Shown here piece by piece: positions 1 through 6,505 of a stretch of 64,000 bases of DNA (positions are counted from its first letter, which is position 1; the number at the start of each line of letters is the position of its first letter). The stretch is from positions 188,800-252,799 of the forward strand of contig JAZKFH010000015.1 of the NCBI GenBank assembly GCA_040386535.1, given 5' to 3'. The position numbers and the translations under genes were made by a program. The notes under the pieces were generated by a model that had not been told where the DNA came from, searched no databases, and saw nothing but the letters and a program-made list of their open reading frames with translations. This stretch comes from Myxococcota bacterium (lineage in GTDB: Bacteria > Myxococcota_A > UBA796 > SXON01).

Positions 1-2
1 AA

Positions 3-97
3 AGCAGGAATAAAGGAAAGCAGGAAGGGGAGGAGGACTCCGGGTCTTCGCCTTCCGATTCTCTTTTCCTACTTCCTGCCTTCCTTGTTTCCTGCCA
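3..97. repeat. Imperfect purine/pyrimidine-skewed inverted repeat (REP/MITE-like), possibly cut by the window edge
   Basis: Left arm GCAGGAATAAAGGAAAGCAGGAAG pairs imperfectly with right arm CTTCCTGCCTTCCTTGTTTCCTGC. It is AT-richer than the surroundings and lies just downstream of the hxs operon. Confidence 0.55.
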
Positions 98-135
98 TCC
101 TGATTCTCCGGCCTCCGGTCTCCGAGAAGGCCGCT

Positions 136-1218
136 TTACCCCGGAATCGGCCGAAGCTCCCCTTCGCCGTGGATCCCCAGGTACTCCTTCCAGGTCCCCT
201 CGCACACGTGCGTGTAGGCGCAGGTCTCGCAGGCCTTCACGTGGCGCTTCAGGTCGTGGCGCTTGCGCTCCTGCCAGTTGAAGCGGGCGCGGCCGCCCTC
301 CACCGTGGCGATGCCCTCGGGCAGGCCCTCGGCGGTGAGCGTGCGGATCGAGCAGTCGGTGTCGAGGTCGCGGAACTCGCCGACGTAGCGGCGGGCCATG
401 GTCTTGCTGGAAACCAGCGTGAGCGGCAACACACACAGCGGGAAGCCGCCGAGCGTGAAGGTGCGCTTGTACCGGTACTCGTTGAGCAGGATCGCCTTGA
501 CGACGTATGGGACCACCTCGGTGTAGGTGGGGATGAGCGACGTGTTGGTCTCGGCGTAGCCCTCGGCGCGTACGAAGTTGGCGCGCACGTCGTCCATCCC
601 GAGCTCGTAGAAGAACTTGAGGATGGCCGGCAGGTGCTTGTAGTTCCACGCGTTCACGACGATGTTCACCGACACGTTGTCGCGCAGGAAGCCCTCGTCG
701 CGCTTCTTGAGCAGGTACAGCAGGCCAGACTTCTTCTTCTCGAAGTTGCCGGGCACACGCGTCAGGGCGTCCTCGAGCGCGGGCGTGTGGCCGTGCATGC
801 TCATCGTCACGCGGGTGAGCCCGGCGTCGAGCACCTTGTCGACGTATTCGTGGCGGAAGAACTTGGTCCCGTTGGTCGCCAACGCGATGCGCGTGTAGCC
901 AAGGTCCCGCGCGAAACGGATCGCGTCGAGGATCCAGGGGTAGGTCGTGGGCTCGCCGCCGAGGAAGCCGACCGAGCGGTTGCCGGCGTCGAACCAACGT
1001 TGGATCTCGGCCTGCATGTCCGGGTAGGGCATGTAGCGGCGCATCTCCGTGGCCGGGAGCCCGTCCAGGCAGAAGACACACTTGTTGTTGCAGATCTTGC
1101 CGACGTTGATCTCGACGTTCTTGCGTGTGTCGCGCCACATGTCGGCGGCGTCTTGACGCGAGTCTGCGAGGGGGCGGGGCTCGCCGGTCGGTGCCGGTTC
1201 GTTGCGCGGCTCGTTCAT
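136..1218 (-). CDS. Radical SAM protein, HxsC-like, last gene of the hxs operon
   Basis: CNNKCVFC (CxxxCxxC), GGEPT, TNG and C-terminal CETCAYTHVC. The ATG at 1218 overlaps the upstream TGA (ATGA). Confidence 0.88.
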   Translation of the reverse strand: MNEPRNEPAPTGEPRPLADSRQDAADMWRDTRKNVEINVGKICNNKCVFCLDGLPATEMRRYMPYPDMQAEIQRWFDAGNRSVGFLGGEPTTYPWILDAIRFARDLGYTRIALATNGTKFFRHEYVDKVLDAGLTRVTMSMHGHTPALEDALTRVPGNFEKKKSGLLYLLKKRDEGFLRDNVSVNIVVNAWNYKHLPAILKFFYELGMDDVRANFVRAEGYAETNTSLIPTYTEVVPYVVKAILLNEYRYKRTFTLGGFPLCVLPLTLVSSKTMARRYVGEFRDLDTDCSIRTLTAEGLPEGIATVEGGRARFNWQERKRHDLKRHVKACETCAYTHVCEGTWKEYLGIHGEGELRPIPG

Positions 1219-2267
1219 GCGGCCTCCAGGGGGGTCAGCTCGGTGGGGCCGAAGCGGTCGAGGTAGGCGCCGAACACGCCGGCACACACGCCGTTGTAGG
1301 CGCAGGTGCCACACGGCTCGGCATGGCGGCGGCCGCGATCGGGCGCCCAATTGTAGAGGCCGTCGAGCGACACGCTCTCGGGGTGGCGCACCCACTCGAC
1401 GGTCACGCGGGGGTTCCAATAGAGGTCGTTGCTCGTCATGCGCACGCTCCCGAGCGCGCACATCGGCACTCCGAAGAAGCGCACGATGGCGGGGGCCGCG
1501 GCGCGCACCACCTGCGGCGCGAGGGCGGCGATCTCGTCGAGGCGCACCGGGAGCGTGCCGTAGCGGTCCGCGCCCAGGCCCTCGGGGGTCAGGTTCGAGA
1601 TGATGAGCAGCGCGGCGTCGACATCGTGGGCGAGCGCGGCGGTCTCGACGAGCCGGGCCACGTTCTCGCGGGTCAGGACGCTGTTGATGTAGGGGCGGAA
1701 GCCGGGCTTGACGGCCTTCGCGTTGGCGATGGCGCGCGTGACACGGTCGAACGAGCCGACGCGGCCGGCGCAGGCGTCGTGCGTCGCGGCGTCGGGGCCG
1801 TGCACGGAGAACAAGGCCTCGTCGAGGTACGGCATGGCCGCCTCGGCGAAGCGCGGGTCCGCGAGGCGGGTGCCGATGGTGCCGATGCTCGTGCGCAGGC
1901 CGAGGGCCTTGGCGAGCTTCAACGCGTCGACGAACCGCGGGTGGATCGTGGGCTCGCCGCCCGTGAAGTGAACCGACTCCACCCCGCGCGACGCCTGCTC
2001 CTTGAGGATGCGCGTGATGCGCCCGAAGGTGACCGGGAAAGGATTGAACTCCTTCATCCGGTGATCTTCGGAGCAGAACGTGCATCGCTCGGGGCACGTG
2101 TACGTGATGTGCAGCTCGAGCCGGCGCATGCGTTGGCCGGCGGGGCCGATCCAGGGGGTCTCGGACACGTGGGGAGCGGGAGCCTGGGTGTCCGACACCA
2201 CGGCCTCGGGGGGCGTTGCGGGGGGCGGAGCCCCCTGCCCCAAGATTGCCTCGTGCTCTGAGCTCAC
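1215..2267 (-). CDS. Radical SAM protein, HxsC-like
   Basis: CPERCTFC, FTGGEPT and C-terminal CGTCAYNGVC. The GTG at 2267 overlaps the upstream TGA (GTGA). Confidence 0.88.
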   Translation of the reverse strand: MSSEHEAILGQGAPPPATPPEAVVSDTQAPAPHVSETPWIGPAGQRMRRLELHITYTCPERCTFCSEDHRMKEFNPFPVTFGRITRILKEQASRGVESVHFTGGEPTIHPRFVDALKLAKALGLRTSIGTIGTRLADPRFAEAAMPYLDEALFSVHGPDAATHDACAGRVGSFDRVTRAIANAKAVKPGFRPYINSVLTRENVARLVETAALAHDVDAALLIISNLTPEGLGADRYGTLPVRLDEIAALAPQVVRAAAPAIVRFFGVPMCALGSVRMTSNDLYWNPRVTVEWVRHPESVSLDGLYNWAPDRGRRHAEPCGTCAYNGVCAGVFGAYLDRFGPTELTPLEAA

Positions 2268-3259
2268 GCGGCCCCCGCATGTGTCATCCGTGCGGCGCGC
2301 GCCCGGAAGTACGCGGGGTAGAGCCGATCGCACAGGCGGGTGAGCACCGCGTCGACCGCGGCGGTGCTGGCGAGCACGTCGGGGGTGTAGACCTCGCGCA
2401 GGAGCGAAGGGACGCGCGCTGCGGCCGCTTCGAGCACCTCGGCGGAGGGCGGATCGTCGAGCGTGCCGACGGCGGTGCGATCGCCCACGGCCTCGGCGAG
2501 CACGAGATTCGACGGGTGGATCGTGCGGTCGGAGTCGACGACGAAGCCCGTGTTGAAGAAGGGGGTCGGCGCGGACACGAACAGGTTGCGCAGGTACAGG
2601 CGCTCGCCCGCCGCCCAGGCGCTCTCGAACTCGGTCGCGATCGCGGAGAAGCTCTCCTCCAACGCGGCGAGCTGCGGGGCGCTCCACGGCAGGTAGTAGC
2701 CGGGGAGCAGGTTGAACCGCCCGATCCCCATCGCCCGGAGCGCGCGGAAGTTGGTCGCGGCGCGGCCGGCTGTCGAGGGGGCCACGGTCTGTGTCACGAC
2801 GAAGCGCGGCAGGCGAAGCAGCTCGGGCAGCCAGCGCTCGATCTGCGCGTACGAAGGCGCCTCGCCGGGGAGGGGGCGGCGCAGGCCGTCGTGGTCGCGC
2901 GGCGCGCCGTCCATCGAGAGGGTGAGCGTCACGCGCGGGTGCGCCCGCAACAGATCGAGGATCCCGGCGTCGAACCGGGTGCCGTTCGTCGAGAGGTAGA
3001 CCGACACATCCGATACATTCGATACATGTGTCACGACCGCTTCGACAATGTCGGGGCGCAGCAGCGGCTCGCCGCCGAACAGCTTGATGTCGCCGCCGCC
3101 GTAGCGGGAGACGAACAGGTCGATCGCACGCCGGGCGTCGTCCACCGACAGGTCGGGGACACCGTCCTTCACGGTGGGGCAATACGCGCAGCGCAGGTTG
3201 CAGCGCCGCGTGATCGTCAGGATCAGCGCGGCGCGCCACCGATCGGCTCGCGCGCGCAC
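2264..3259 (-). CDS. Radical SAM protein, hxs-associated, no obvious C-terminal Cys cluster
   Basis: CNLRCAYC, FGGEPLL, STNG, SMDG. Start moved to the GTG at 3259, just after the precursor stop. Confidence 0.85.
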   Translation of the reverse strand: MRARADRWRAALILTITRRCNLRCAYCPTVKDGVPDLSVDDARRAIDLFVSRYGGGDIKLFGGEPLLRPDIVEAVVTHVSNVSDVSVYLSTNGTRFDAGILDLLRAHPRVTLTLSMDGAPRDHDGLRRPLPGEAPSYAQIERWLPELLRLPRFVVTQTVAPSTAGRAATNFRALRAMGIGRFNLLPGYYLPWSAPQLAALEESFSAIATEFESAWAAGERLYLRNLFVSAPTPFFNTGFVVDSDRTIHPSNLVLAEAVGDRTAVGTLDDPPSAEVLEAAAARVPSLLREVYTPDVLASTAAVDAVLTRLCDRLYPAYFRARAARMTHAGAA

Positions 3260-3263
3260 CCCG

Positions 3264-3671
3264 TCACCACTGGCCGTGGGAGCCGTGCGAGCCGTGGGAG
3301 CCATGCGATCCGTGCGAGCCGTGGGATCCGTGCGAGCCGTGGGACCCGTGCGAGCCGTGGGACCCGTGCGAGCCGTGGGACCCGTGCGAGCCGTGAGACC
3401 CGTGCGAGCAGTGCTGCGCCAGGAGCGCCTCGTAGCGGATGGGCTCGAGGCCCCGCCGGTCGAGGGAGCTCGGATCGAGCTCGAGATCGCCCGCCGTGGC
3501 GTTGAGGAGGAGCAGGCTCTGCGCGATGTCGTCCCCCTCCTGGCGCGCGGCGCGGGCCTCGTCGGGCAGGAGGAGCTGCTCCGCGGCCTTGGGGAGGCTG
3601 GGGAAGTCGTCGTTCGTGGCGGCGGCGGACGGCTTGACGCCGGGGAAGCCGGGCTTGCTCGGGAGGCTCAT
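3264..3671 (-). CDS. hxsA: His-Xaa-Ser repeat precursor peptide, 135 aa
   Basis: About 86-aa leader ending LLAQ, then HCS-(HGS)x14-HGQW. The ATG at 3671 overlaps the hxsB stop. Confidence 0.92.
   Translation of the reverse strand: MSLPSKPGFPGVKPSAAATNDDFPSLPKAAEQLLLPDEARAARQEGDDIAQSLLLLNATAGDLELDPSSLDRRGLEPIRYEALLAQHCSHGSHGSHGSHGSHGSHGSHGSHGSHGSHGSHGSHGSHGSHGSHGQW
3270..3413 (-). repeat. 9-bp coding tandem repeat (16 His codons) with 18-bp higher-order periodicity
   Basis: His codons occur every 9 nt from 3276 to 3411. Ser codons mostly alternate TCG/TCC, giving the unit CACGGGTCCCACGGCTCG. Confidence 0.95.
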
Positions 3672-5215
3672 GCGGACCCCTCGGTCGGGTGGGGGAGGGT
3701 CAGGGAGGGGCCGTCCGGGTAGGGGACGGTGCCGGGGCGGGAGCGCTGGATGGTCCAGCGGCGGAAGATCTTCTCGACGCGACCGTCGGTGTCCTCGGCG
3801 AGGCGGCGGAACAGGTCGGCCTGCTCGCCATAGAACTCCTGGCACTTGCGCGAGCGCGGGCGCTGGCCGAACAGATCGCCGTCGAACATGTAGTTGTGCA
3901 GCGGCTGGATGCCACACGTGGGCTTGTAGACGCAGTCGGCGCAGGCGGGCAGCGCTTCCTGGATGCTCGCGACGGCGAGCGCGCGAACCGTGGGGTGCGC
4001 GGCGATGTCGGCGTAGCTCGACCCGGACACGTGCCCGAGCTTGAAGAAGTCGTTCCCCATGTGCGCCACCATGCGGCCTTCGTCGCAGGTGTAGATGGAG
4101 CCGTCGAAGTTGTAGGCGAGCTGCGCGCTGCCGGAGCCGCTGGGGGAGCGGCAGTCGGTGTAGTTCGGATCGTCCGGCGTGAGCATCTTCGTCAGGAACA
4201 TCGCCGCCTGGCGCTCCTGGATGAAGATGCCCTTCTGGTTCAGCTCGAGGATGTAGTCGAGCGTGTCCCGGTAGAAGGTGAGGAACTCCTCCATCGTGTA
4301 GCCGATCTGCTTCCACGTGTTCACCGCGAAGCCGAACGGGTTCAGCGGGCGGAGGTGGATGCTCTTGATGCCACGCTTCACGTACTCGTCGACGATCTCG
4401 CGGCCGCGGCCCAACGAGGCGCGCGTGCAGGTCATCAGCGCGTCGACGTGGAACAGGTTCGGATCGAGCCCCTTGTCGATCCACGCCTGGTTGAACCGCT
4501 CCATCCAGCTGCTGACCGTCTGGTAGCTGGAGCTCTTGCCGATCCAGCCGCGGTTGGCGTTGTGGAGATCCTCGGGCCCGTCGAGCGAGGTGCAGACCAT
4601 CACGCCGTTGTCGACGAGAAAGGCCATCTTCTCCTCGTCCATCAGGGTGAGGTTGGTGACCAGCGAGAAGATCAGATCGCGGTTCTCGTACCGGTTCTTC
4701 TCCTTCGCGTGCTCGACGATGAACTTGAGCGCCGCGAAGTTGGCCGTGGGCTCGCCGCCCTGGAACTCGAAGTTGAGCACGCGCGAGGGGGTGCTGAACG
4801 CGAACTCGACGACCTCGCGCGCGGTGGCGAGCGACATGTCGGTGTCGACGCGGTCCATGTCGGTGCGCGACGCGTGGCAGTACTTGCACGCGTGGTTGCA
4901 GCGGAGCGTCGTGACCACGATGTGCAGGTGCGGGCCGCCGCCGAGGAAGCCCTTCTTGCGGCGGATGCGCGCCGCCATGCGGTCGATGTCGAGCCCGGTC
5001 TTGAAGAAGCCCTTGCGCTCCAGATCGGTGCGCTCCTCGCCGTCGATCTTGCCGCGGAGGAACGTGTCGAAGCGCTCCTTCGGCAGGAAGTGGAACTCGC
5101 CGCCCTCGTTCGTGAGGAGCACCTTGCCGCCGACCACGCCGTAGCGGAAGAAGCCGACCTCGGGCGCGAGCGCGCTCGGATCGACGCGCAGCGGTGTCGT
5201 GAGGTGGCCGCTCAT
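3668..5215 (-). CDS. hxsB: His-Xaa-Ser system radical SAM/SPASM maturase HxsB
   Basis: TLRCNHACKYCHAS, EFQGGEP, TSLDGP..LH, AYNFDGSIYTCDEGRM, CADCVYKPTCG. It lies between the HxsD genes and the HxS precursor. Confidence 0.92.
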   Translation of the reverse strand: MSGHLTTPLRVDPSALAPEVGFFRYGVVGGKVLLTNEGGEFHFLPKERFDTFLRGKIDGEERTDLERKGFFKTGLDIDRMAARIRRKKGFLGGGPHLHIVVTTLRCNHACKYCHASRTDMDRVDTDMSLATAREVVEFAFSTPSRVLNFEFQGGEPTANFAALKFIVEHAKEKNRYENRDLIFSLVTNLTLMDEEKMAFLVDNGVMVCTSLDGPEDLHNANRGWIGKSSSYQTVSSWMERFNQAWIDKGLDPNLFHVDALMTCTRASLGRGREIVDEYVKRGIKSIHLRPLNPFGFAVNTWKQIGYTMEEFLTFYRDTLDYILELNQKGIFIQERQAAMFLTKMLTPDDPNYTDCRSPSGSGSAQLAYNFDGSIYTCDEGRMVAHMGNDFFKLGHVSGSSYADIAAHPTVRALAVASIQEALPACADCVYKPTCGIQPLHNYMFDGDLFGQRPRSRKCQEFYGEQADLFRRLAEDTDGRVEKIFRRWTIQRSRPGTVPYPDGPSLTLPHPTEGSA

Positions 5216-5472
5216 CGGGCCGCCTGGGTGCCGGTGGGGGCTTCGGCGCGCGCGTCGACGATGGACTGGAACAGGGCGTGGTTGCCGAACTCGTCCGGCA
5301 GGCGATCGCGGAGGCGCTCGGGGACCTCGGAGAAGGTCACGAGCACGTCGGCATCGACCTCGACCACGGCCGGGCCGAACGCCGCGAAGCGCTCGGCGGC
5401 CCGCGCGATCGAGGACGACGCGTAGAGGGACCGGTGGAAGCGGACGGTGACGACCGGCGCGGGCTCAGCCAT
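5212..5472 (-). CDS. HxsD-like protein, 86 aa
   Basis: FHRSLY..SI..AA..F and DEFGNHAL motifs parallel HxsD. It overlaps both neighbouring genes. Confidence 0.75.
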   Translation of the reverse strand: MAEPAPVVTVRFHRSLYASSSIARAAERFAAFGPAVVEVDADVLVTFSEVPERLRDRLPDEFGNHALFQSIVDARAEAPTGTQAAR

Positions 5473-5887
5473 CCGACTTCTCCCACGGGACCGGGATCTC
5501 GAGCGGCTCCATCTCCTCGGCGTCGAGCTCGGCGAGCAGCTTGTCGATCGAGGAGGGCGCGTCGACCGAGAAGAACGCCTTCGCCAGGATGAACTCGCGG
5601 ATCTTCGCGTTCGAGGCGCCCACGGCCTTGCGGAGGGCCTGGTTGAGCAGCTCGTTGGAGAACTCGCCCGCGAGCGCCTCGAGCGTGGCCTCGTCGGCCT
5701 CGCCCTTGGCCTTGAGCACCACGGCCACGCGCTGATCGGCGGGGCGGTCGAGGAACACGTAGCAGCGATCGAGGAACAGGTAGGCGGCGCCCTGGATCGT
5801 GTCGAGGGCGTAGATGGACTCGTCGACCACGAACGACGCGCGGCGGGCGCCGAGCTCGGTGGTCAGGCCGTTCGGCTCCACGGTCAT
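5465..5887 (-). CDS. hxsD: His-Xaa-Ser system protein HxsD
   Basis: VDESIYALDTIQGAAYLFLDRCYV and GEFSNELLNQALR..IREFILAKAF. The ATG at 5887 overlaps the upstream stop. Confidence 0.88.
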   Translation of the reverse strand: MTVEPNGLTTELGARRASFVVDESIYALDTIQGAAYLFLDRCYVFLDRPADQRVAVVLKAKGEADEATLEALAGEFSNELLNQALRKAVGASNAKIREFILAKAFFSVDAPSSIDKLLAELDAEEMEPLEIPVPWEKSDG

Positions 5888-6447
5888 CCCGGCACCATCC
5901 GCGTGGCGGCCTGGGCCAGGGCGTCGGCGTGGCGCCACACCCGCTCGTCGTGCGGCTCGAGCACGGCGAGGGCGTCGACGTTCCCATCCTCGTTGTCCGA
6001 CACGATCGCCGCGAGGCGGGCGACGGCGCGGCCGAGCGACTCGTCCATCGGGGAGTTGCCGTCGCCTCCATCCATCACGATGAAGTCGACGTAGGCGCTC
6101 GACGCGGGCCCGCGCGGGGCGCCGTGGCGCAACGACAGGTCGATGCGCGCGGCGCGCCCGTCCTCATGGAGCAGGTTGAGCGTGACCGCCCCCTGCACCG
6201 CGGGGTACAGCCGGGCCACATGCCAGCCGAGGCCCAGCGCGCTGCCGGCCTGCAACGGCTGGATCAGCCACCACGGACTCTGCGAGGCGGTATCGGCAGA
6301 AGAGCCAGAACCCCCGAAGAGGCCTGCGGCGGTGCCGGTGGCGACGGAAGAGGGGGCTGGGGACGCTGCTACCGCGGCGGCGCTGCCGACGGCGGTGGAG
6401 GCGAGCCCGAACACAGCGAGACGAAGAAAGGCGCGACGGTCTTCCAT
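5884..6447 (-). CDS. Hypothetical Tat-signal protein heading the hxs operon
   Basis: MEDRRAFLRL twin-arginine motif followed by a hydrophobic, Ala-rich stretch. Its stop overlaps the hxsD start. Confidence 0.8.
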   Translation of the reverse strand: MEDRRAFLRLAVFGLASTAVGSAAAVAASPAPSSVATGTAAGLFGGSGSSADTASQSPWWLIQPLQAGSALGLGWHVARLYPAVQGAVTLNLLHEDGRAARIDLSLRHGAPRGPASSAYVDFIVMDGGDGNSPMDESLGRAVARLAAIVSDNEDGNVDALAVLEPHDERVWRHADALAQAATRMVPG

Positions 6448-6453
6448 GGCGTG

Positions 6454-6462
6454 AGGATACCA
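6454..6462 (-). promoter_or_regulatory. Candidate extended -10 promoter (TGgTATCCT) for a leaderless hxs transcript
   Basis: TATCCT lies 6 nt upstream of the ATG at 6447, and no Shine-Dalgarno is visible. Confidence 0.45.
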
Positions 6463-6505
6463 CCACCAGGGCGCGGTTCCGCGCGTCTTTGCGCAGCTGC
6501 GCGGA

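Noticed and set aside
3260..3304. ORF-track start at 3304 for the radical SAM gene
   Set aside because: It lies inside the precursor repeat. The GTG at 3259 avoids the overlap and sits close to the CxxxCxxC motif.
3270..3413. Repeat array as a possible CRISPR or non-coding VNTR
   Set aside because: It has no spacers and varies only at synonymous positions of the HGS reading frame, so it is coding.
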